Shown here one piece after another: positions 36,609 through 45,158 of a stretch of 64,000 nucleotides of DNA (the stretch's first letter is position 1; the number at the start of each line of letters is the position of its first letter). The notes beneath the pieces were generated by a model. That model made no database searches, was not told the DNA's origin, and saw only the letters and a list, made by a program, of their open reading frames with translations. The position numbers were made by a program, and so were the translations under genes. Location: assembly GCA_963674825.1 (NCBI GenBank), contig OY771587.1:3330864-3394863 (forward strand), read 5' to 3'. Source of the stretch: Candidatus Cloacimonadales bacterium (GTDB taxonomy: Bacteria; Cloacimonadota; Cloacimonadia; Cloacimonadales; JAIOQZ01).

Positions 36609-37370
36609 ATGGCCTGGTTTAAAAAGCTGTATCTCGATCACATATTGATCCTTATCGCGATTCTTGGTCTGGCTCAGTTTATTCTGACCAGACCAGGAAT
36701 TGCTTCGCCTATCTTCCCAACACCTCTCGTGATCCTGGAACGAATGATCCATTTCCCTAAAATCTGGGTTCACGCACTTTCATCCATCATTCGGCTTTTT
36801 GTCTCTGTAATCACGGGATTTATCCTGGGTGTATTGATTGCCGTAGTCATTCGTGCATTCAAAAAGCTTTCTTTCTTTGAAGACGCAATTTCTTTCTTTA
36901 TGTCGATTCCAGGAATCAGTTGGGCGCCGATCTTTATCATTCTACTCGGATTTGGCGATCGAGTGATCCTTCTCGTTGCGGTTATTACCGCCATTTTTCC
37001 GGCAGCATATTATACATGGCACGGTTTGCTGGCACTTGATCTACATCAGAAGCAGCTTACTGATCTTATGGGTTATAATACTGTCCAACGATACATACAG
37101 TTTGTTTTCCCGGCGATGGCAAATTATCTAGTCATTGGTTTCAAGCTCAGCTTTGCCCGTACCTGGCGTACTATCATTGCTATCGAGATGATCTGTGCTA
37201 CGACGAGTGGCCTGGGCTACATGGCGATGGATGCGCGCGAGCTTCTGAATATCCGTGATTTGTATTGTGGTATCCTTCTTTCGGGCCTTACTTTCCTGGT
37301 TATTGATAAAATTGTTTTCAGCACACTTGAACACTACACTGTTCGGCGCTGGGGAATGAAAGTTAAATGA
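36609..37370 (+). CDS. ABC transporter permease (first of two)
   Basis: Six hydrophobic segments. Context is with the ATPase and SBP genes. ATGA overlap with the next gene. Confidence 0.8.
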   Translation: MAWFKKLYLDHILILIAILGLAQFILTRPGIASPIFPTPLVILERMIHFPKIWVHALSSIIRLFVSVITGFILGVLIAVVIRAFKKLSFFEDAISFFMSIPGISWAPIFIILLGFGDRVILLVAVITAIFPAAYYTWHGLLALDLHQKQLTDLMGYNTVQRYIQFVFPAMANYLVIGFKLSFARTWRTIIAIEMICATTSGLGYMAMDARELLNIRDLYCGILLSGLTFLVIDKIVFSTLEHYTVRRWGMKVK

Positions 37371-38065
37371 AAAAGATTGTTATCGTCCTCGTATTGATAG
37401 CCATAACAATCGGCTATGCTTATTATGAACAGATTGCAGCCGGACACATCTTTGCGCATCTATGGGCGAGCCTTTCACGAATTATAATTGGCTATGCGTT
37501 ATCTGTAGCAGCAAGTTTTCTGACCGCTCTTGCGCTGAGCTTCCTTCCGGGCATTCAGAAATATGTTCGCGTTTATCTGAACTTCCTGATATCGATCCCG
37601 ACAATTGCCTGGATTCCTCTGCTGCTGATTGTTACCGGTATCACGAACCGCACCATGATCATTGCGATTTTCCTTGGATCCTATTTTGCCATCGTGTTCA
37701 ACCTCCTTGATGGCTTCAAGACGGTTGACAAGAATCTTGTGCTGCTTGGTCGAAACCTGGAATATAATCAGGCTCAAAGGCTAATTCGCATTATGGTTCC
37801 AGCGTCGCTTAATACGATTCTGGTCTCGCTTAAACTCGGTATATCGTACTCATGGCGTGCTCTTATTGGTGCTGAAATGCTGGGGGCGGCAACAAAGGGC
37901 TTAGGCTACCTGAGCTTTGCCAGCAGGCAGTTTTACGATCTGAAGACTATGTTCACAGCTCTTGTGCTTATCGGTTTGATTGGCTACTTCCTGATCCAGC
38001 TATTGACTCACTTTATCGAAGAAAACACCATTAGAAAATGGGGATTTAATGATCATACAATGTAA
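37367..38065 (+). CDS. ABC transporter permease (second)
   Basis: Polytopic membrane protein paralogous to the preceding gene (shared ...SWRALIGAEM / ...TWRTIIAIEM loop). Confidence 0.8.
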   Translation: MKKIVIVLVLIAITIGYAYYEQIAAGHIFAHLWASLSRIIIGYALSVAASFLTALALSFLPGIQKYVRVYLNFLISIPTIAWIPLLLIVTGITNRTMIIAIFLGSYFAIVFNLLDGFKTVDKNLVLLGRNLEYNQAQRLIRIMVPASLNTILVSLKLGISYSWRALIGAEMLGAATKGLGYLSFASRQFYDLKTMFTALVLIGLIGYFLIQLLTHFIEENTIRKWGFNDHTM

Positions 38066-38789
38066 ACAGGTAAATAAATTTTTTGGTGACCTGCACGTAT
38101 TAAAAGGTATCGATCTGGAAATAAAGAAAGGCGAGTTCTTTGTGCTGCTCGGACCTTCGGGATGTGGTAAATCTACATTACTCTACATGATGGCAGGTTT
38201 TGATAAACCAACCTCTGGTTCGGTCGAAGTACTGGGGCAGTCGGATATCAAGCCAAGCAAAAAAGTCGGATTCGTATTTCAGGATTTTGCGTTGTTTCCG
38301 TGGAAAACGGTTCTGGGAAATGTCACGGCAGGATTGCTGGACAAGTCAAAAACTGAGCGACGGGACATCGCCATGCATTTCATCGAGAAGGTGGGGCTGA
38401 CTGGCTTCGAGCACAGCTTTCCGCATACTTTAAGCGGTGGAATGAAGCAGCGCGTGAGCATCGCCCGTGCACTTGCCTACGAACCTGAAATCCTGCTGAT
38501 GGATGAACCCTTTGGTGCGCTGGATGCCCAGACACGAAAGAAGATGCAGCAGGAACTTATCCGCATTCTACGCGAGATGAACAAGACCATCGTCTTCGTT
38601 ACGCACAGCGTGCTGGAGGCAGTCTATCTTGCCGATCGCGTGGCGGTTCTCAGCAATCGTCCATCAAGTATAGTCTATCAGGTGAAGATCGAAATCGATG
38701 GCGAAAGGCATTATACAGATGAGAAGTACCTGCATTACCGGGAGAACATCTTGCATTACCTCAATCAGTTTACTGGTGTAAAAGAATAA
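38049..38789 (+). CDS. ABC transporter ATP-binding protein (NitT/TauT-type)
   Basis: Walker A GPSGCGKST, FQDFALFPWKTV, signature LSGGMKQR, Walker B LLMDEPFGALD. Confidence 0.93.
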   Translation: MIIQCKQVNKFFGDLHVLKGIDLEIKKGEFFVLLGPSGCGKSTLLYMMAGFDKPTSGSVEVLGQSDIKPSKKVGFVFQDFALFPWKTVLGNVTAGLLDKSKTERRDIAMHFIEKVGLTGFEHSFPHTLSGGMKQRVSIARALAYEPEILLMDEPFGALDAQTRKKMQQELIRILREMNKTIVFVTHSVLEAVYLADRVAVLSNRPSSIVYQVKIEIDGERHYTDEKYLHYRENILHYLNQFTGVKE

Positions 38790-38800
38790 AGGAGATACCC

Positions 38801-39034
38801 ATGGAACAAGAATTACTCCAATTCATCCTCGACACGTTTGTACCAATGGCAGATGAAGAAGTGACTACTACGACATCGCTATTTAAAGAGAAGGTTCTCG
38901 ATTCGCTGAATCTGGTTTCGATCATCACGCATATTCAGTCTGAATATGGCATTGACATCCAGCCCTTTGAAGTTACGTTGGATAATTTCGACTCTGTCGA
39001 TATGATTTGCCAATATATACGCAGCAAACAATAA
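38801..39034 (+). CDS. Acyl/peptidyl carrier protein (DltC-like, 77 aa)
   Basis: AAGGAG RBS 11 nt after the ATPase stop. The phosphopantetheine-attachment context is VLDSLNLVSIITHIQSEYG. The size equals DltC/ACP. Confidence 0.8.
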   Translation: MEQELLQFILDTFVPMADEEVTTTTSLFKEKVLDSLNLVSIITHIQSEYGIDIQPFEVTLDNFDSVDMICQYIRSKQ

Positions 39035-39049
39035 CACATCGGAAATCCT

Positions 39050-40135
39050 ATGTTTTTTCAAAATACAAGAGTCCAGATAATCCTCTGGGCTCTGTTTTGG
39101 TTCATTGTACTTGGAGCCGGGTTCGATTTCCTGGTTCGCAATCAGCTGCTGTTCGCGAATAAAACAGTCCGATCCATCATCATCAAGAATTACAACAGCA
39201 AGGATATAGGTGCTGTTCTGTCGCTCAGCGACCGGATAGAAACCGAAGGTGATCAGATACCGCGGTACTTGTTCCTGGGTGGTTCTCAGGTAAAAGAATG
39301 TGTCAAGGACGATCAGGGTGTCACGATTGCTCTTTCGGATTCACTGGGACAGGATGTTGAATTTGCCAACATGGCAACTGGCTACGGGAATTTTTACGAT
39401 AATCTTAGGCTTGAAGAATCACTTGCGGGTACGAAAAACCTGATTTACATGATCGGCGTTTCACCAAGCTATTTTACTTGGGCAGATTCGATACAGTTTT
39501 TCTACGATGTTGGCAAAGATTCTCAACGAAAGCTGCAATACAAGTATCCGATGCTTGCTCCATCTGATACGGGAATCTCGATTGTAAAAGATCACGATGC
39601 GGATATCTCGCTGAGAGCATACTTCCCTGGATTCCAGACTGCCTATACATTTTGCAAGATCGGCCAGAAGGTTTTTCAGCATATTCTTTACGAGAAATTA
39701 TTTCCATCCCTGGATAATCCGTTGGACGAGGATGCGAGAAGCAAACCGACTTGTGCAGAGTTGAAAATGCTGAGATATGAGCGACTTAAATATAAGTTTC
39801 CGAAGGAATTTGAGAAATACAGTCAGACAAACCGTGCAATGATAATGGCTTGTATCGATGAGGCGAAGAAACAGGGAAACGAGGTGATCCTTGTTGATCT
39901 GCCATACACGCCGATTCTTGAGGTTCATCGGGATACACTTGTGAGTAATTACGAGCCATATATTGATGCAATTGCTCATGAGACAGATACGCCGATCCTG
40001 TCCTTGCGATACGATGTTTTTGTTGAGGCAGACTTCGTTGACGGCATTCATATGTCGGAAAGCGGTCAGAAGAAAGCGGCTGCTTTGCTCGTTGATGAGC
40101 TTACACAATGGTCTCGCAAGGTGGTTAATCAATGA
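39050..40135 (+). CDS. N-terminally anchored SGNH/DltD-like O-acyltransferase
   Basis: Single N-terminal TM (IILWALFWFIVLGAGF). Candidate nucleophile block FLGGSQV. C-terminal D-x-x-H block FVDGIHMSESG. Position is next to the MBOAT gene. Confidence 0.6.
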   Translation: MFFQNTRVQIILWALFWFIVLGAGFDFLVRNQLLFANKTVRSIIIKNYNSKDIGAVLSLSDRIETEGDQIPRYLFLGGSQVKECVKDDQGVTIALSDSLGQDVEFANMATGYGNFYDNLRLEESLAGTKNLIYMIGVSPSYFTWADSIQFFYDVGKDSQRKLQYKYPMLAPSDTGISIVKDHDADISLRAYFPGFQTAYTFCKIGQKVFQHILYEKLFPSLDNPLDEDARSKPTCAELKMLRYERLKYKFPKEFEKYSQTNRAMIMACIDEAKKQGNEVILVDLPYTPILEVHRDTLVSNYEPYIDAIAHETDTPILSLRYDVFVEADFVDGIHMSESGQKKAAALLVDELTQWSRKVVNQ

Positions 40136-41319
40136 TCTTTTTCAAGGGTGTTTATTTGCTCGCTATACTTATCAGTCTTGCCATCTATTGGATTGTACCG
40201 AAGAAATTTCGTATATGGTGGATGGTTATCAGTGGACTCGCGATCCTCATGCACATCCAGTTGGTGTGGACGCTGTTCTTTGTTGCATTAGCTGTCTATT
40301 CATGGCTCGCAGGCAGATTTGTTGCCACGAAGCCAAAGAAGACGATTGTCTATCTTGTTGGATTCATCATCTTGCAGGCGACGATCATGATGACGCTCAA
40401 ATACTACCCAGTGCTGTGCAAAAAATTCTGGCCGGAAGATGTCACCATGATTGGTCATCTGCTTGTTCCGATGGGCGTGTCGTATTTCGTCTTCAGGCTG
40501 ATCGCGTATGTGCTGGACAGTTTCAGGGGAATCGTCAAGAAGCACAGCTCGCTAGTCGATTTCCTGGCATACATCCTCTTTGTGCCGATCTTCCCGGCAG
40601 GTCCAATCGAGCCTTATAATCATTTCTGGGGTATGAGGCAGGAGAAGCTTGGAACTGATGATGTTATCTACGGACTCAAACGGTTGCTCTGGGGTTATGC
40701 CAAGAAGATTATCCTGGTCAACTACCTGCTCCAGATGCTGGTCTATGAAACCTTAAAGCCCCTCGTGCTCAACGATCCGCTCGATGGCTCGGTGAATGGC
40801 ATGCTTACTATCGCTTTCCTGGTCGGCAGCCTGGTTTATGCCTATCTCGACATCTCGGCTTACGCGGATCTCGCGATCGGATTCAGCCGCCTGTTCGGCT
40901 TCAGAGTAAGCGAAAACATGAACTGGCCGATTCTGGCCACCAATACAAGTGAATATTGGAATCGTTGGCACATGACGCTCTCCAACTGGTGCCGGAACTA
41001 TGTCTATTTCCCGATTCTCATCCGCACGAAGAATCTCTACATGGCGCTCTATGCCAGTTTCCTGGTGATGGGCCTCTGGCATCACGTGGGCCTGACCTGG
41101 GTGATGTGGGCTGTGTGGCATGCCTCGGGAATTCTGATCTACTCCTTCTGGAGCAGGTTTACCCGTAAGAACAAGGCAATCGTCATGTTTGGCAGACGCA
41201 AGCCAGTCAAAGTTTTCTCAGCGCTGATCACGGTACTGTGGTCGTCGGGATCGTTTGCATTCATCAACACGAGTGGGATGCGCGAAGCATGGTTCGTATT
41301 CCGCTCCATTATACAATAG
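40132..41319 (+). CDS. MBOAT-family membrane-bound O-acyltransferase (DltB/AlgI-like)
   Basis: Polytopic protein of 395 aa. The hallmark catalytic-His region is EYWNRWHMTLSNWCRNYVYFP. ATGA overlap with the upstream gene. Confidence 0.88.
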   Translation: MIFFKGVYLLAILISLAIYWIVPKKFRIWWMVISGLAILMHIQLVWTLFFVALAVYSWLAGRFVATKPKKTIVYLVGFIILQATIMMTLKYYPVLCKKFWPEDVTMIGHLLVPMGVSYFVFRLIAYVLDSFRGIVKKHSSLVDFLAYILFVPIFPAGPIEPYNHFWGMRQEKLGTDDVIYGLKRLLWGYAKKIILVNYLLQMLVYETLKPLVLNDPLDGSVNGMLTIAFLVGSLVYAYLDISAYADLAIGFSRLFGFRVSENMNWPILATNTSEYWNRWHMTLSNWCRNYVYFPILIRTKNLYMALYASFLVMGLWHHVGLTWVMWAVWHASGILIYSFWSRFTRKNKAIVMFGRRKPVKVFSALITVLWSSGSFAFINTSGMREAWFVFRSIIQ

Positions 41320-41328
41320 GATCAAGAT

Positions 41329-41448
41329 ATGAAACAGCTGAAAAACTCTCTGAAAGGACTCGCGATCGCGCTGCTTATCTACGCGATCCTGTTCATCCAT
41401 TTCTTTATTTCATCGGGACCGCCGATGTTCCGGTATGAGGGGTTCTGA
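41329..41448 (+). CDS. Unannotated 39-aa single-TM micro-protein with C-terminal FRYEGF (DltX-like FxYxxF tail)
   Basis: Below the ORF-track cutoff. ATG 41329 (AGGA 8 nt upstream), 9 nt after the MBOAT stop. Its stop at 41446..41448 is 2 nt before the ligase ATG. It translates to MKQLKNSLKGLAIALLIYAILFIHFFISSGPPMFRYEGF. Confidence 0.65.
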   Translation: MKQLKNSLKGLAIALLIYAILFIHFFISSGPPMFRYEGF

Positions 41449-41450
41449 TC

Positions 41451-42917
41451 ATGACCGAGCTGCCCCTGTCTTTTTTGCTGCAATCCGCTGAGAAGTATCC
41501 CGAAACGATTTGTCTGCGTACGCCCGAAGAGAGGTACACGTACGCTCAATTTCTCGATAGAACCCGTCGCCGCGCCACGTTTCTGGCTGAAAAGGGAGTT
41601 GGCAAGGGAACGCTGGTAACCATCCAGACTCGTGATTATATCGAATTCATCTCGACGATGTTCGCCTGCTGGATGCGTGGGGCGATTCTGGCACCGCTTA
41701 ACACCGGTCAACCGCCGCGAATCCATCAGGTTATCGACGGGATCCTCAAACCAGGGATCGGATTCCACGACAAGGAGAATCCATTCGGTTACGAGCCAGC
41801 GTATCCTGTTCATTTACTTGAGCTAAGCGAGACACCGCTCCAGGTGTTTACTCCGGTTGAACCGGATGATATCTCCATGATCATGTTTACATCAGGTACG
41901 TCCGGTGTTCCCAAAGGCGTACCGTGGAAGCACTGCAATACATGGCGTAATGCGGTTGAGACTGGCCAGCGTATCGGGGTGGAGCAGGCGGATAATCTTT
42001 TTCTCAATACACCACCCTACACCACGAGTTCGATCAACCACATTTTAACCATGTTCGCTGTCGGCGCTACGCTAAGCATTGATCAGGGTTTCATGTTTGG
42101 CGCCGGTATTCTGGATCAGCTCGATACTTACGAATGCACCGCGTTCGGAGGAGCGCCCGTGCACTTCATGCGTCTCATCGGCGCGCTGAAGGTGAAGAAG
42201 CCGCTCAGGCCGATCCGGTTCCTCTTCAATTCCGGCGAGCATCTTCCCACGCCCGTGCTGGAAGAGCTGATCGAGTATCTTCCCGAAACAGAGATCCACT
42301 GCGTGTATGGACTCACCGAGGTCTCAGGCCGATTCTGCATCCTCCCATGGAAGGATGTGAAGAAGAAAGCTGGTTCGGTTGGATTCCCACTACCGTCATT
42401 GCAAGTTACGGTCAGGGATGATGACGGTAAAGCGTGCCCGGTGGGAGAAGTTGGCGAAGTGTACATCACCGGTTCGCTCTTGATGGATGGCTATTACAAT
42501 GCGCCCGAAGCCAACGCAAAGGCTTTCAGTGAACACGGTTTTGCCACGGGGGATGTTGGCAGTCTGGACGAAGACGGCTACCTGTTCCTGGTGGGTCGCA
42601 ACGATAGTGTATTCAAGGTTGGTGGCGAGAAAGTGAGCATCGGTGCGATCGAAGAGCTTCTTCTTGAATTCGATATGTTCGATGAGGTTGCGGTTATTGC
42701 CGAGTTTGACCAGAACATGGGCAACGTACCTGTCCTTTATTATGTACTACACGAGTCTTGCTCGCTTTCACGGCGCGATATCGTTGTCGCGATCCGCGAA
42801 CGTTTACCCAAGACGCATATCCCGGTTAGATTCTATCAGGCAAGCAAGCTGCCGCGCACCCAGTCAGGAAAGGTCATGCGTCAGGCCGAGAAACTGAAAC
42901 CCTATGTGATTCAATAA
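41451..42917 (+). CDS. Adenylate-forming enzyme (AMP-binding; DltA-like carrier-protein ligase)
   Basis: MFTSGTSGVPKGV (core A3), GEVYITG, FATGDVG, GRNDSVFKVGGEKV and PRTQSGKVMR (A10 Lys). Confidence 0.88.
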   Translation: MTELPLSFLLQSAEKYPETICLRTPEERYTYAQFLDRTRRRATFLAEKGVGKGTLVTIQTRDYIEFISTMFACWMRGAILAPLNTGQPPRIHQVIDGILKPGIGFHDKENPFGYEPAYPVHLLELSETPLQVFTPVEPDDISMIMFTSGTSGVPKGVPWKHCNTWRNAVETGQRIGVEQADNLFLNTPPYTTSSINHILTMFAVGATLSIDQGFMFGAGILDQLDTYECTAFGGAPVHFMRLIGALKVKKPLRPIRFLFNSGEHLPTPVLEELIEYLPETEIHCVYGLTEVSGRFCILPWKDVKKKAGSVGFPLPSLQVTVRDDDGKACPVGEVGEVYITGSLLMDGYYNAPEANAKAFSEHGFATGDVGSLDEDGYLFLVGRNDSVFKVGGEKVSIGAIEELLLEFDMFDEVAVIAEFDQNMGNVPVLYYVLHESCSLSRRDIVVAIRERLPKTHIPVRFYQASKLPRTQSGKVMRQAEKLKPYVIQ

Positions 42918-42929
42918 AATATTCGATGC

Positions 42930-42960
42930 CAAGGGGTCGCCTGGTATACAGGCCCCCTTG
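42930..42960. terminator. Hairpin between convergent genes (CAAGGGG..GCCTG-gtata-CAGGC..CCCCTTG)
   Basis: 12 paired bases with a 2-nt bulge. It lies between the 42917 (+) and 43045 (-) gene ends. There is no clear U-tract. Confidence 0.5.
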
Positions 42961-43044
42961 CCTGCATCTCTCTTCATTCGAACTACCCTGTCCCTCGCTA
43001 CATCTCTAACTAAACACTCATTAGGATGGCCGCGATATGATGCT

Positions 43045-44250
43045 CTACTTATATGATAGTATCGCTTCTGTAGTCTTCGACGGAATCAGACCCCACTCTG
43101 CGACGACGAATCCTGTGCGCTCGAACTTCGGGATTATCGGCTCGACCAATTCGAGGTCATTCGACTCGATGCTATCGACATAGTAATGCAGTCTGATGAG
43201 ATTGTCCGGTTGCTGTGATATGTTCAGTGCGATGTATGGATCAATCTGCGCGTTGTACTGTGGATAGATCGCGTAATATTCAGAGTCGGTAAGTCGTGGA
43301 ATCCACCATTCGATAAAATCGTTAATCTCTGTCTGATTAAAGCCTGTTTGACGCAGGTTATCACAGAAAAAACGTTCAAGGTCACCTTGCGCAATGACCC
43401 AACCTGCTGATTTCTGAGTGAAATCAGGTGTCTCGCTTTCATAGTAAAGGTAGCCGAATTGTCCGTCGATCGAACCATCCGGATCAACCACGATATTCTG
43501 CCACTGTTCAGGATAGCCTGGGTCGGAAACGGTTACGCTTCCTCCATGCGGGAATTCAATATTCACATCGAGCGTGGTGGTTTCGGTGGGGTAGAGGTAG
43601 ATGTTGGGTTTGTAATCAACCACTACGGCAACGGGCAACCTGTAATCATCGTAGCAGCCTTGCAGGTGAAACGAACAATCGTTGAAGGTGTAGTCGTAAT
43701 TTTCGTCGTCCATTGATGCTATATAATATCCGGAATCAATATCAGTAGCAAATCTGCCTTCGCTATCGGTAGAGAGGACTCCGATCGGAATATTGTCCTC
43801 TTTCAGGATCAGATCATAGTTCTCCAATACACCAATCAGTAATCCATCTTCTTCGGAGGTAGTAAAGATCACTCCACAATTAAGATCCGGGGGGCATGCT
43901 TCAAAGTCGGTCATATAGTCCAGCTCGATACGTCCACCTTGATTCTCGCTTCGCATGATCGAATAGCAGTCCTGTTTACCTGCGATGACGTGGAATAGAT
44001 AGGTAGTTTCGTTGGAACCTCTTAATTCGACCTGGAACCACCCGACATAGACATTATTGTAGTATGCAGCATAGATATCGCCGTTGTTGTCATTGGTAAC
44101 GTAAGCGGTATCAGCCGGTACTCCGTCCATAAGGATTACGATCTCGATTGCCGGTGTTTCGATCGGGCCGGTTGTGCTGTCTTTGTCGTCTTCGCATCCG
44201 ACAAATAGAATAGTGCACAGTATAAGAATCATAAAAAGCAATGAACGCAT
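43045..44250 (-). CDS. Hypothetical lipoprotein (401 aa)
   Basis: Signal peptide + lipobox (ILFVGCEDD). No family recognised. Confidence 0.7.
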   Translation of the reverse strand: MRSLLFMILILCTILFVGCEDDKDSTTGPIETPAIEIVILMDGVPADTAYVTNDNNGDIYAAYYNNVYVGWFQVELRGSNETTYLFHVIAGKQDCYSIMRSENQGGRIELDYMTDFEACPPDLNCGVIFTTSEEDGLLIGVLENYDLILKEDNIPIGVLSTDSEGRFATDIDSGYYIASMDDENYDYTFNDCSFHLQGCYDDYRLPVAVVVDYKPNIYLYPTETTTLDVNIEFPHGGSVTVSDPGYPEQWQNIVVDPDGSIDGQFGYLYYESETPDFTQKSAGWVIAQGDLERFFCDNLRQTGFNQTEINDFIEWWIPRLTDSEYYAIYPQYNAQIDPYIALNISQQPDNLIRLHYYVDSIESNDLELVEPIIPKFERTGFVVAEWGLIPSKTTEAILSYK

Positions 44251-44522
44251 AATCCCTCCCCATTGTCATGCAGAAAATTGACTTGGTGTAACAATAATTG
44301 TCAAGATCTTTCGGGTATCCTCGTGTAAGGGCCTCTTTGTCTGTGCATTTTTTTGATTCAATGTTTCTAATGGAGCAGGATTCTATGTTATGCTTGACAG
44401 GAGAGGCGAGAGATCGTTTGCTGTCGGTTGAATTTCTATAATACATTAATAGGCGGACCAATGGACAATTAGGTTTGTTTTCCCCCGTTTGCAATTCACG
44501 AAAAACATAACAGGAGACAAAC

Positions 44523-44843
44523 ATGTCCAAAAAACATATAGCCCCTTGCGGGTTGGATTGTGCGCGTTGCGATATCTATATCGCCACACAGGCTGATAGC
44601 GATTCTATGCGGATGGAGGTCGCTAAAAATTGGTCTGCGCTTTTCCATTATAGCTTCACGAAGGATGATATAAATTGTGATGGCTGCCTTGGCGGAGGAC
44701 GAATGAGTGTGTATTGCCACACAATGTGTGAAGTACGTCAATGCGCTGTTCAACGAGGTATAATCGACTGCAAAGCATGCCCGGATTACAAGTGTAATGC
44801 TTTGATCCGGAATCATGAAGCATCCGCAAGCTACACTCCGTAA
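44523..44843 (+). CDS. DUF3795-like Cys-rich protein
   Basis: APCGLDCARCDIY...CDGCLGGG...CEVRQCA...CKACPDYKC pattern. GGAGACAAAC-ATG RBS. Confidence 0.7.
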   Translation: MSKKHIAPCGLDCARCDIYIATQADSDSMRMEVAKNWSALFHYSFTKDDINCDGCLGGGRMSVYCHTMCEVRQCAVQRGIIDCKACPDYKCNALIRNHEASASYTP

Positions 44844-44865
44844 TTGAACAACATACCAGATAAAA

Positions 44866-44897
44866 ACGGACGGAACCCCCCGTCCGTTTTCTTTTTA
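44866..44897 (+). terminator. Rho-independent terminator
   Basis: ACGGACGG-aacccc-CCGTCCGT followed by TTTTCTTTTT. An A-tract upstream could make it bidirectional. Confidence 0.85.
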
Positions 44898-45093
44898 TCC
44901 TTCGTGCAGTTATTGGCATGCATCACAACGATATTTCTATTTTGATGTCCAACAAGCCTGACATTTCGGGAAAATGGTGAAAATCGAGATCGTTCATACT
45001 ATCTCAGATTTTTAGCCTCTCATAACCACTAGCAGTGTGGTCAGATACATCCACTGAAAAATAAATGTAGAAAAAATTTGCTTGACGCGGATA

Positions 45094-45139
45094 TCGTGAT
45101 TATTATCTCGATAAATATATATCGATATAAAAATCACGA
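45094..45139. promoter_or_regulatory. 46-bp near-perfect palindrome (20/23 arm matches) in the adh promoter/leader, containing TCGATA-N6-TATCGA (45108..45125)
   Basis: Left arm TCGTGATTATTATCTCGATAAAT versus rc of the right arm TCGTGATTTTTATATCGATATAT. It overlaps a possible -10 (TATTAT 45101..45106; -35 TTGCTT 45078..45083) and ends 20 nt before ATG 45159. Confidence 0.55.
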
Positions 45140-45158
45140 AAGTGAAAAGGAGTGAAAA

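Noticed and set aside
44111-44919. Minus-strand ORFs 44111..44530, 44496..44816 and 44656..44919 around the DUF3795 gene
   Set aside because: They overlap a promoter region and a well-formed Cys-motif gene on the plus strand. They have no RBS, and their composition is odd.
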